Positions 1-8,305 of a DNA stretch of 64,000 bases are shown here, in pieces (positions within the stretch are counted from its first letter, which is position 1; each line of letters opens with the position of its first letter). A program made the position numbers and the translations under genes. Source of the DNA: Candidatus Omnitrophota bacterium. Its GTDB lineage: Bacteria > Omnitrophota > Gorgyraeia > Gygaellales > JAQTUX01. Location: contig JAQTUX010000001.1 of assembly GCA_028707125.1 (NCBI GenBank), forward strand, positions 1,066,438 to 1,130,437, written 5' to 3'. The notes beneath the pieces were generated by a model. It ran no database searches. It saw only the letters and a list, made by a program, of their open reading frames with translations, and had not been told where the DNA came from.

Positions 1-1257
1 AAATTAGATCCGGGAGGAGATACCAGCGAACAGGACAAAGAGAAATCGTTTGCCAGTATCGCCAGGATACAGTTAGATGCAGACCTTACGGACAACGTCG
101 CGACAACCGTGCGTTTACTGAATGAAAGGTATTGGGATAACGAAACGCACAACGGCGCTGGTACTTCTGACGCCTCAACAACTGATATAGCGTTGGATCT
201 AGCGTACGTAACGTTAAAGGAATTTATGGACCTTCCTTTGACATTGTCTGTGGGCCGCCAGGAGATCCATCTTGGCAGCGAAATGATCATGGGTGATGTG
301 GACACAAACAACGCGGTAAGCACAGCCAGCGCGTTCAGCGGCCGCGATCCTGACTTAAGCGCTCGCAAGGCATTTGACGCGATACGCGCTACCTTGGATT
401 ATAACCCGCTGACCGTTGACCTCGTTGTCGCGAAGATAGATGAAAACACCATCGCGGAGAGCGATGATGATGACCTCTATGCCGCTTACGCTAGCTACAA
501 CGTAGGCGATAAATATGACAGCATAGTGGATCTGTATTATTTCTTACAGCGCGAGGCACTTAACCAATTTACAGCTGAGACGGGTTTCAAAAATCGCACT
601 GTGAATGTAATAGGTTCGCGCGTTGTAACCCATCCAATTGAAAACCTGACCTATAGCTTGGAAGGCGCGTATCAGTTTGGCAATTGGCATAACGGCACCG
701 TCAATCATTCAGCCAATCTAAAGGCATGGGCGTTAGAGACAGGGGCTACCTACGTCTGGAAAGACGCGAATTATACCCCTGCCTTGACAATGCTTTATGC
801 TTACTTCAGCGGTGATGACGACGATGCCGCTTTCAGCGATAATGACAGGTATAGGATGTGGCAGCCAATGTATGAAAACCAGAACTTTGGCCATATCGCC
901 GGCGCGTTGTTAGCTCAGCAGAATATTCACATTCTAGGCGGTAAATTGTCTGTGGCGCCGATGGAAGACCTGACCTTAAGCGGTGAATATTATGCCTTCT
1001 GGTGGGCCAAAGCGTATGGTGATAAAGTAGCGGGCGTATCAGACAGCATCGCCGCAACAGCCACAACCAGCACTAGGCTCTATATGACGAATAAGAGTTT
1101 TGCGGCGCAAGAAGTTGATCTTAAAGCCACCTATAATTATACCGAAGATGTTGAATTATCATTATTAGGCGGCGTGCTTGTTCCCGGCGGCTCATTTGAC
1201 AAGGGCAGCGACAGCACAGTAGGAGAATTAATAGCTTCAATGAAAGTAACATTCTAA
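1..1257 (+). CDS. Partial (5'-truncated by window edge) putative outer-membrane beta-barrel protein, alginate-export/porin-like
   Basis: Reading frame is open from nt 1. Alternating hydrophobic beta-strand pattern, Asp/Gly-rich loops, and a C-terminal ...KVTF ending in Phe, as is typical of outer-membrane beta-barrels. Followed by a strong terminator. Confidence 0.4.
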   Translation, partial: KLDPGGDTSEQDKEKSFASIARIQLDADLTDNVATTVRLLNERYWDNETHNGAGTSDASTTDIALDLAYVTLKEFMDLPLTLSVGRQEIHLGSEMIMGDVDTNNAVSTASAFSGRDPDLSARKAFDAIRATLDYNPLTVDLVVAKIDENTIAESDDDDLYAAYASYNVGDKYDSIVDLYYFLQREALNQFTAETGFKNRTVNVIGSRVVTHPIENLTYSLEGAYQFGNWHNGTVNHSANLKAWALETGATYVWKDANYTPALTMLYAYFSGDDDDAAFSDNDRYRMWQPMYENQNFGHIAGALLAQQNIHILGGKLSVAPMEDLTLSGEYYAFWWAKAYGDKVAGVSDSIAATATTSTRLYMTNKSFAAQEVDLKATYNYTEDVELSLLGGVLVPGGSFDKGSDSTVGELIASMKVTF

Positions 1258-1273
1258 CGAATCATATGTAAAC

Positions 1274-1316
1274 AAAAAACCCTCCGGGTTTTCAAAATCC
1301 GGAGGGTTTTTTGTTT
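1274..1316 (+). terminator. Rho-independent terminator (bidirectional A-tract/hairpin/T-tract)
   Basis: aaaaaaCCCTCCGG-gttttcaaaat-CCGGAGGGttttttg: an 8-9 bp GC stem, 11-nt loop, T-run, directly after the stop at 1257. Confidence 0.75.
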
Positions 1317-1397
1317 GTCTGCTCTTTGAGATACGTTCGGCGACGCCTTATCTTACCAAGTCGCCTCAGTATCAACACCGAGATGCATACAAGGGTG

Positions 1398-1426
1398 TTG
1401 ACACATAACCCCTTTTATGATATAAA
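1398..1426 (+). promoter_or_regulatory. Near-consensus sigma70-type promoter (TTGACA-N17-TATAAA)
   Basis: TTGACA at 1398-1403, a 17-nt spacer, TATAAA at 1421-1426. This is ~20 nt upstream of the ATG at 1447, so the 5'UTR would be short or the transcript leaderless. Confidence 0.4.
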
Positions 1427-1446
1427 GATATCAATTATCCAATCTT

Positions 1447-2016
1447 ATGTACGAATATTTAGCCAAGACATATTTCGAACCCGCGGAAAAAACAAAACCA
1501 ACAGGAAAGAGGCGAAGGTTTTTCTTTTTATCGGCGGCTATCCTCCTGGGGCCGGCTTTAATTTTACTTGCCATAGCAGCCAACAGGAATATTCCGGCCC
1601 CGCGGCCGGCTAAAAACTTTAACCTTGTGCTCATACCGGACTCAATAAAATTAAACTACAATTTCAACGTTGCCGGCAAGATCGAAAGCTTTGACTATGG
1701 CTTGAACAATTTAAACGCGGGTGAATTTGATTTCATTCAATTCAACGTAAAGAAGTCGGATTACAACAACAGTGTCAACCTGAGGGTGGAGGTCATAAAT
1801 ACTTTAAAGGAAAGGTCTGAAATATATATAAGCGGCGTACCATCCCGATGGAAAACGGTATCACTGCCGTTGAGGTCTTTTAATAAGATAACCGACTGGG
1901 GGAGCCTGAGCAACTTGATATTCTCAATTGAAGAATGGAATGTATTAAAAAAACAGGGGCAGGTCTATATAGATGACGTCAAACTCACAAAAGGCAAGGG
2001 AGGGGGAGAAATTTGA
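1447..2016 (+). CDS. Hypothetical membrane-anchored protein (N-terminal TM, possible carbohydrate-binding beta-sandwich)
   Basis: 189-aa ORF with an N-terminal hydrophobic helix (FFFLSAAILLGPALILLAIAA). Its stop overlaps the ParA start (ATGA), suggesting co-translation with the downstream ATPase. Confidence 0.4.
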   Translation: MYEYLAKTYFEPAEKTKPTGKRRRFFFLSAAILLGPALILLAIAANRNIPAPRPAKNFNLVLIPDSIKLNYNFNVAGKIESFDYGLNNLNAGEFDFIQFNVKKSDYNNSVNLRVEVINTLKERSEIYISGVPSRWKTVSLPLRSFNKITDWGSLSNLIFSIEEWNVLKKQGQVYIDDVKLTKGKGGGEI

Positions 2017-3089
2017 TGCGTATAATATCTATATCCAACCAGAAGGGAGGCTGCGGTAAAACGACCACGGCGGTAAACCTGGCCGCGTCTTTGGCGCAGA
2101 ACGGCAAGCGCATACTGCTTATAGACCTTGACCCGCAGGCGCACGCCACATCAGGGCTCAACATCAATAACGAATTAAGCGTGTATAATGTGCTCTCAAA
2201 GATAGCCAATAAGAAGGCGCGTTTTGAGGATATCATCGTAAAGGTATCCAACCTTTTTGACCTGGCCCCTTCAAATATGTTATTGGGCACCCTCGAGCAG
2301 GAACTGGCTGATGAAATCGGCAGGGAATCGCGCCTCTTTGACTGCCTCAAGAAAGTCACCCACGGTTATGACTATGTGCTTATTGACTGCCCTCCCAACC
2401 TGGGAATACTCACGATCAACGCCATAAGGGCGAGTGAAAAGATCATCATACCCGTTGAGGCAAGCCGCTTTTCGCTGGAAGGCCTCAACCACCTGATCAA
2501 GATCATAAACCTTGTAAATGAGCGCCTGGAGCACAATGTAACGTTTTCCGTGCTGGTCACCATATTTGATTCGCGCCTGAGGCACTCCTTCCAGATGCTT
2601 AACAGGATAAGAAGCCAATTCAAAAAAAGCATGTTCAATACCATCGTACACACAAACGTAAAGCTCAAAGAATCTCAGGCGGAGGGCAAACATATATTTG
2701 ACTACGACAAGTATTCGCGCGGGGCCAAGGACTATTTCAGCCTTTCGCGGGAGATCATAAGCATAGAAGAATCGGCAGGCCAGGGGATACGGGAGAAAGA
2801 CGCCGCTGAAGAGATACCTCTTGCCGGGCCCAGGAAAGCCACGTTTCTCCTGCGCGCGCCGGAAGCAAAGGTGGTCAACGTAGTGGGCGACTTCAATAAC
2901 TGGCTCATAGACGACAACAGTAAATTGTTTAAAAGAGGCGACGTCTGGGAAAGGAACTTCTATATTAAGCCGGGAAACTACAAATACAGATTCGTAGTTG
3001 ACGGTAAAAGATGGCTGGAAGACCCTGAGAACCCCCAGACCCTGGTCAATCCCTTTGGAGAACTGGATTCCATATTAAAACATGAATAA
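2013..3089 (+). CDS. ParA/MinD-family P-loop ATPase with C-terminal CBM48/AMPK-beta-type glycogen-binding domain
   Basis: Deviant Walker A KGGCGKTT at the N-terminus, as in ParA/Soj. The C-terminal ~90 aa read GDFNNW...YKYRFVVDGKRWLEDPEN, which is characteristic of the CBM48/E-set glycogen-binding fold. Confidence 0.75.
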   Translation: MMRIISISNQKGGCGKTTTAVNLAASLAQNGKRILLIDLDPQAHATSGLNINNELSVYNVLSKIANKKARFEDIIVKVSNLFDLAPSNMLLGTLEQELADEIGRESRLFDCLKKVTHGYDYVLIDCPPNLGILTINAIRASEKIIIPVEASRFSLEGLNHLIKIINLVNERLEHNVTFSVLVTIFDSRLRHSFQMLNRIRSQFKKSMFNTIVHTNVKLKESQAEGKHIFDYDKYSRGAKDYFSLSREIISIEESAGQGIREKDAAEEIPLAGPRKATFLLRAPEAKVVNVVGDFNNWLIDDNSKLFKRGDVWERNFYIKPGNYKYRFVVDGKRWLEDPENPQTLVNPFGELDSILKHE

Positions 3090-3402
3090 AGGCGGCGGCA
3101 ACATAAAGCAAGACAGGATATTCGCCCTGTTATCGTATCTCTGGATATTATGCATAGTGCCTCTTCTGCTTGAAAAGGAGGACAGATTTGTGCTGGGGCA
3201 CGCGAAGCAGGGGCTGGTACTGTTTATTGCCGAGACCATCGCCTTCATACTCAAGATCTTTCCCTTTTTCAGCCAACACATCTGGAATATGTGCCTGATG
3301 ATCTTCACTGCCGTATCTCTGTACGGCATCTTTGCCGCCTTATCCGGCAGGCCTGCCAGGATAGCGATCGTATCCGGCCTGGCAGAAAAAATACATATTT
3401 AA
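3082..3402 (+). CDS. Small integral membrane protein (DUF4870-like)
   Basis: 106 aa with hydrophobic helices and a GHAKQG motif reminiscent of DUF4870 small membrane proteins. Confidence 0.35.
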   Translation: MNKGGGNIKQDRIFALLSYLWILCIVPLLLEKEDRFVLGHAKQGLVLFIAETIAFILKIFPFFSQHIWNMCLMIFTAVSLYGIFAALSGRPARIAIVSGLAEKIHI

Positions 3403-3417
3403 CCAGGGAGGGGTATA

Positions 3418-3794
3418 TGGCGGTCAAAAGAAAACCATCCGGAAAAAAAGGGGTAAAGGCCCGGAAGCCCCGCGGACAAAAGAAGCCCGTCAAGAAGGCC
3501 GTAAGGAAACCAACGAAAAGGACACCGGCTAGAAAAAAGCTAAAGATCGAAGGTGATCTCATAGGTAAAGTCACTCACTACTTTCCGCACGTGAACGCCG
3601 CCGTATTAAAACTGTTAAAGCCGCTTTCAGTAGGAGATACCATTAAGATAAAGGGCCATACCACCGATTTTACTCAGGCCGTTGAAACCATGCAGATAGA
3701 CCACGCGCCTCAACAGTCGGCTGGAAAAGGCGATGAGATCGGGTTAGGCGTGCGGCAAAGAGTCAGGAGAAAAGACAAGGTATATAAAATATAA
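3418..3794 (+). CDS. Lysine-rich histone H1-like protein with C-terminal beta-barrel-like domain
   Basis: ATG at 3418 is preceded by AGGGAGGGG. The N-terminal 60 aa are K/R/P-rich (KKGVKARKPRGQKKPVKKAVRKPTKR). The longer six-frame ORF from 3291 is rejected as the start because it lacks an RBS. Confidence 0.45.
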
Positions 3795-3803
3795 GGGAGA
3801 ACC

Positions 3804-3989
3804 ATGAAATACACCTGCCAGATATGCAACAGAGAGATAAGCGATAAGATCGGCCTTACGCACATTAAGGCCGAAGAGTATATACTGGATCTGATCAAGA
3901 AAGACCATCCTGAGTGGAATCATAAAAAAGACATATGCAAGAAGTGCGTTGACTACTACCGTAACCTGATCAAGAAGGCGAAGATATAA
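3804..3989 (+). CDS. Small zinc-ribbon protein
   Basis: 61 aa with CxxC...CxxC (CQICN...CKKCVDYY). RBS GGGAGAAC upstream. Confidence 0.4.
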   Translation: MKYTCQICNREISDKIGLTHIKAEEYILDLIKKDHPEWNHKKDICKKCVDYYRNLIKKAKI

Positions 3990-4001
3990 TTCAATATACA
4001 G

Positions 4002-6008
4002 ATGCAGCGAACCCGGACCTCAGAGTTTCTATCTCTGGTTGAGGTAGAAAACTACGAAGATATTTACAGCAAAGACATCCAGGACGGCCTGTATTTCGGC
4101 ATGCCGCTGGAATGCGTCATTGAAACAGAAAAACGCCTTCGCTCCAGTCCCGAACGCTCCATCGCCTATTTTTCAATGGAGTACGGCTTGGGCTCGAGTT
4201 TCTATAACTCATTTAAAACCGCCCGCGGCATACACCCTAATAACAGCAACCAGGAACATGAGGTCTTTTCAAATTTCAGGCTGGCCGACTACTTCTTTAC
4301 CTTCCAGATAGAAAGCATAATGGACCTTCCTCTGTATAGCGGCGGCCTGGGCGTGCTCGCGGGGGATACCCTGAAAACAATGGCGGACTACAAACTCCCC
4401 GTAGTCGCGCTGGGAATGCTCTGGAACACCGGCTACTTCAGGCAGAGATTCTGGTTCAAATACGGACAAATGCCTGAGGCAATACACTGGGACCCTGCTT
4501 CTTATCCCGGGCTCATACCGCTTAAGAACAGGGTGAAGATCAAGCTTAAATCGGAAACCATAGAGTTAAAGCTATGGAAATACTACTGTTACAGCTACAG
4601 ACATGATTATGCCATACCTTTAATACTGTTGGATTCCTGCCTGGAATCAAATACGGAAAAACTCAAATGCCTTACAGACCAGCTCTACAGAAGCGATGAT
4701 GTATGGATTAAAATAATGCAGCGGGTGATCCTGGGCATGGGCGGTGTGGCGGCGTTAGAAGAACTGGGATACAACATTGGCACATACCATATGAATGAAG
4801 GCCATGCCGTATTCGCGTTTTTGGCCAAGGCAAGAGGGCTGGGAGACAAAGACATTGAGGGCCTCAAACAACACTTTGCTTATACCTGCCATACTCCGGT
4901 TGAGGCCGGGCATGACAGATTCTCCACAGGCGACCTCGGCAGGATACTGCCCAAAGAAGATATGGAAATAGCGCAAGAATTCGGCAGGGAGGGCGAAGGC
5001 GCCGTAAACCTGACGTTATTGGCGATGAACGTCTCATCCAGAATAAATGCCGTATCAAAGGCGCATCAGAAAGTAACGCACCTGCAGTTTCCCGCGTACC
5101 GGGATACGATAGGGTTTGTGACAAACGGCGTGCACACGCACACCTGGATATCGGACAGTTTTATGCAGCTATTTGAGGATTTTCGCGATACCTTCGGCGA
5201 CATAAAGGCCAACCCCATGGCTTTAGCCAAGGCAAGCGATCTGAGAAAAGAACCCGGATTCAGGGAGGCGTTATGGCAGGCGCATCAAGTCAATAAATCG
5301 CGGCTCTGCGGGATGCTCTACAAATGGGGCTTGAATAAAGACCTCTTTACCATATGCTGGGCGCGCAGGGTAGCCGCGTATAAAAGGCCGAGCATGATAC
5401 TGCAGGATGTAAACCGCCTGCTTGAGATCGCCGGGAAATACGGCCCGATCCAGATAATCTTTGCCGGTAAAGCGCACCCAATGGACAATATGGGATTTAC
5501 CTATATAAATGAGATGCTGGATAAGGTAGACGGGCTCAACGAAGAATACGACATGCTTAAGATCATAATGCTGGAAAACTACGAGACATTCCTGGCAAAG
5601 ACGCTTACCTCAGGGGTAGACGTATGGCTCAACAACCCTCTCCCGCCGTTTGAGGCATCCGGCACAAGCGGTATGAAAGCGATCTTGAACGGCGTAATAC
5701 AGATGACTACGCTGGACGGCTGGGTAGTAGAAGCGGAAGATAAAGGCATAGGGAAGATCTTCGGCTACAGGAACAAAGAAGGCCATATAGGCGGCGAGCA
5801 TAACCTCCATATGGAAGACGACGCCCGCCAGCTATATAAAGCGCTTGAGGAAACAGTCGCTTTATATTACCGGACTAACGCGCAAGGCAAAGTTGACGCC
5901 TCTTCTCCCTGGATAGACATGATGATAAACTGCATAGCCGCGGGAGCCGATTTCAATACCTACAGGATGCTTGATGAGTATAAAGAGAAAATATGGCAGA
6001 TCAAGTGA
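4002..6008 (+). CDS. glgP: Alpha-glucan (glycogen/maltodextrin) phosphorylase, GT35 family
   Basis: 668 aa with GGLGVLAGD and the PLP-lysine motif EASGTSGMK, the signature of the alpha-glucan phosphorylase family. Confidence 0.8.
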   Translation: MQRTRTSEFLSLVEVENYEDIYSKDIQDGLYFGMPLECVIETEKRLRSSPERSIAYFSMEYGLGSSFYNSFKTARGIHPNNSNQEHEVFSNFRLADYFFTFQIESIMDLPLYSGGLGVLAGDTLKTMADYKLPVVALGMLWNTGYFRQRFWFKYGQMPEAIHWDPASYPGLIPLKNRVKIKLKSETIELKLWKYYCYSYRHDYAIPLILLDSCLESNTEKLKCLTDQLYRSDDVWIKIMQRVILGMGGVAALEELGYNIGTYHMNEGHAVFAFLAKARGLGDKDIEGLKQHFAYTCHTPVEAGHDRFSTGDLGRILPKEDMEIAQEFGREGEGAVNLTLLAMNVSSRINAVSKAHQKVTHLQFPAYRDTIGFVTNGVHTHTWISDSFMQLFEDFRDTFGDIKANPMALAKASDLRKEPGFREALWQAHQVNKSRLCGMLYKWGLNKDLFTICWARRVAAYKRPSMILQDVNRLLEIAGKYGPIQIIFAGKAHPMDNMGFTYINEMLDKVDGLNEEYDMLKIIMLENYETFLAKTLTSGVDVWLNNPLPPFEASGTSGMKAILNGVIQMTTLDGWVVEAEDKGIGKIFGYRNKEGHIGGEHNLHMEDDARQLYKALEETVALYYRTNAQGKVDASSPWIDMMINCIAAGADFNTYRMLDEYKEKIWQIK

Positions 6009-6061
6009 GGACATAAGTTATGGAGCCCCATAACTGGCGTGCTCATTGAAAGGAGGGATGT

Positions 6062-6364
6062 ATGGCGGCAAAAGGAAAGAAGGGGGGATCCAAGATATCC
6101 AAAGACCTGTCCAATCTCTGGAAAGACGTCCGCAGGGAATTCAACGCCTTATCAGGCAAGGCGAACAGATTAATGGCAAGGGGTGAGAAATACCTTAAAC
6201 GCGTGCCTGCCGAAGCCAGGGAAAAGTCGGATGCGCTGGTCATGAGGGCAAAGCGCGAACAACTGTACTATAATTTAGGTAAGGCGGTAGCGAACAGGGA
6301 TACGCGTAAAATAATGCTCCTGCGCAACAAGATATCTACGCTTAGCAGGAAAATCAACGTATAA
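6062..6364 (+). CDS. Hypothetical coiled-coil basic protein
   Basis: 100 aa, RBS AAAGGAGGG, charged helical sequence; no recognisable domain. Confidence 0.35.
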   Translation: MAAKGKKGGSKISKDLSNLWKDVRREFNALSGKANRLMARGEKYLKRVPAEAREKSDALVMRAKREQLYYNLGKAVANRDTRKIMLLRNKISTLSRKINV

Positions 6365-6373
6365 CAGCGCTCT

Positions 6374-6712
6374 ATGCGCCTATATGATAAAGACCTGAGG
6401 GTAGAGTTCTATAAAAGCGGCGGCCCCGGCGGCCAGCATAAGAATAAAAGGCAAACAGCAGTAAGGATAACCCATCTGCCGACCGGGATCTCCGCGGTTG
6501 CCGCGGAAGAACGCTCTCAAGCGCAAAACAGGAATATGGCAATCGCGCGCCTGAGAGGCAAATTAAAGGCGCTGATATCAAAAAGAAAGCCCAGAATACC
6601 CACCAGGACACCGGCTGCCGTAAAACAAAGGGTAAAACAGAGAAAGATCCTGAGGTCTGAAAAGAAAAAATCCAGGGCAAAGGTAGTTATTTCTGGTCCC
6701 TACTCAGAATAA
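6374..6712 (+). CDS. arfB: ArfB-like peptidyl-tRNA hydrolase (stand-alone RF-1 GGQ domain protein)
   Basis: [25 protein letters not shown] is the GGQ catalytic motif of class-I release-factor domains. A basic C-terminal tail follows, as in ArfB/YaeJ. Confidence 0.7.
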   Translation: MRLYDKDLRVEFYKSGGPGGQHKNKRQTAVRITHLPTGISAVAAEERSQAQNRNMAIARLRGKLKALISKRKPRIPTRTPAAVKQRVKQRKILRSEKKKSRAKVVISGPYSE

Positions 6713-6754
6713 ATACAGGGTTATTTTGAGTAGGGACTCATAATAAACCACTCG

Positions 6755-6780
6755 TTAAATATAAGTAAGTTTGAGTAAAT
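6755..6780. repeat. Left copy of 26-nt inverted repeat (TTAAATATAAGTAAGTTTGAGTAAAT) flanking the DUF134 gene
   Basis: Its reverse complement matches 7330-7355 at 22/26, including a perfect 15-mer TTAAATATAAGTAAG. Confidence 0.6.
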
Positions 6781-7150
6781 GGACCCGCGCGGAAGGCCTA
6801 AAAAGTATAAAATAGTGCGAAATGACCCCCATATCTGGCGCTTCAGCCCCAGAGGAAAGGCAGGGAGGCCGGAAGAGATCGACCTTAAGATCGAAGAATT
6901 TGAGGCATTCCGGCTGTCTGATAATGACGGCCTTAAACAGGCCCAGGCAGCCGAATTAATGCGCATATCCCAGCAAACCTTCAGCCGGCTTCTTAAGAAG
7001 GCAAGGACAACCCTGGCAGACGCCCTTGTAAACGGCAAGATAATCAAAATACAGGGTGGCTGCTATGTATTAAGTACCCGCCAGAACAATAACCACAACA
7101 ATCACGAGAAGCACGAAGCACCCAGGACCCAAGACAGAATCCCAGAATAA
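6779..7150 (+). CDS. DUF134/UPF0251 family predicted DNA-binding protein (sigma-70 region-4-like HTH)
   Basis: An N-terminal PRGRPKK... motif, then the LSDNDGLKQAQAAELMRISQQTFSRLLKKARTTLADALVNGKIIKIQGG pattern typical of DUF134. Confidence 0.65.
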   Translation: MDPRGRPKKYKIVRNDPHIWRFSPRGKAGRPEEIDLKIEEFEAFRLSDNDGLKQAQAAELMRISQQTFSRLLKKARTTLADALVNGKIIKIQGGCYVLSTRQNNNHNNHEKHEAPRTQDRIPE

Positions 7151-7329
7151 CGCTTACCACGCCGGCTCAAACCTCCGGGAGTCCCTTAGAAACCCCTCAA
7201 TTCAGCATACCCCAACTTCCTATAATATATCTTATGTTAACTTGAGCCAGCAACAAAAACATAATCTAACTAATTGTGCAATAAAGAGTTAGATATAATA
7301 AGTTTTTTCCTGTGGATAACGAATATTTC

Positions 7330-7439
7330 ATTTACTTTGACTTACTTATATTTAACTGGGGATAGATTAACCTGTTCTACTCTAATGGCTTATAAGTAAG
7401 GCGAGGATTTACTTATATTTACGCTGACTTACTTTACCC
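7330..7439. repeat. Right IR copy plus additional direct/inverted copies of the ACTTATATTTA / GACTTAC motif
   Basis: ATTTACTTTGACTTACTTATATTTAA at 7330-7355, TATAAGTAAG at 7391-7400, ATTTACTTATATTTA at 7407-7421, GACTTACTTTACCC at 7426-7439. All lie in a 300-bp AT-rich spacer. Confidence 0.55.
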
Positions 7440-7457
7440 GAAGTTCCTTAGATTTGA

Positions 7458-8303
7458 TTAGGTTGCGGAGAGTTCCCGCAGAAAAATACCGGCCCTTTCG
7501 GAAAACCTGTTTGCGGGATAATTACTGAGTATTTGGCGGTATAACAACCGCGCTTTCTCATTTCTGCCGTAAAGATGGTAATTTCTGGCCTTATAGAGCA
7601 TTCTGGCGGCCGGATCCTTGATCTTTGGCGCTGTCATGCCCAAATAGGCGTCCTGGTACACGACGGCAAACGCCCTGCCGAATATCCGGGCATATTTATT
7701 CGCGATCAAGTCAAAAAGGTGCTTTTCAGAGAGAAAATCATCGGAACGCACCGGCGCGTGCCGGATGGGATAAAGATACGCGGGAGAACCTGTCTCAGCG
7801 GTGATCTCTTCTAATGTAACTGCCTCCCCCCTATCGTTACGGTAAATAAGGTTGTGCAGCGGGTCAACAACCCCCCATTTACCTCTATAATATACTTCGG
7901 CTACTGTGTGGGGTGAGCTTGACACATCATCATTCACCATAAGGAACGCGTAGCGGCCGGATATGCCTTTCGCGGCCAGCAGCTTGCATAAAACCTTTGC
8001 CTGATAATCGCACCACCCCACCCCCTCTACCAGATAGTCAAAGGGCTTCCCCGCGTATGGCCTGCTATCGCTGAAATAATGTCCCAGGCGCGACCTCGTA
8101 TAATCAACGGCGGACTGAATCGTGCCCTCCAATGAAGCTGATGACGGCAGTTCCTTCATTGCTATTACCTGAAATGAAACCTCGTGGTAGGCATGCCTGC
8201 CCAGGGAAGAATTCGCGAACAATAAAGAAATCAGCGGCGACAAGAGTATTACTGACGCCGCCGCTATAAGGAAAATGGTGAAAATTCTCAATAAAACGCG
8301 CAT
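7458..8303 (-). CDS. Transglutaminase-like cysteine protease domain protein, membrane-anchored
   Basis: N-terminal TM helix, GVGWCDYQAKV (Cys core of the transglutaminase-like fold), and a C-terminal TPR-like segment. Confidence 0.55.
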   Translation of the reverse strand: MRVLLRIFTIFLIAAASVILLSPLISLLFANSSLGRHAYHEVSFQVIAMKELPSSASLEGTIQSAVDYTRSRLGHYFSDSRPYAGKPFDYLVEGVGWCDYQAKVLCKLLAAKGISGRYAFLMVNDDVSSSPHTVAEVYYRGKWGVVDPLHNLIYRNDRGEAVTLEEITAETGSPAYLYPIRHAPVRSDDFLSEKHLFDLIANKYARIFGRAFAVVYQDAYLGMTAPKIKDPAARMLYKARNYHLYGRNEKARLLYRQILSNYPANRFSERAGIFLRELSAT

Positions 8304-8305
8304 GC

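Noticed and set aside
3291-3794. Longer 167-aa form of the lysine-rich protein starting at 3291
   Set aside because: That start lies inside the preceding membrane-protein ORF without an RBS. ATG 3418 has AGGGAGGGG at ideal spacing.
6016-6035. 8-bp hairpin (AGTTATGG-agcc-CCATAACT) right after the glgP stop
   Set aside because: No T-tract follows. Could be a minor RNA-stability element, but too weak to call a terminator.
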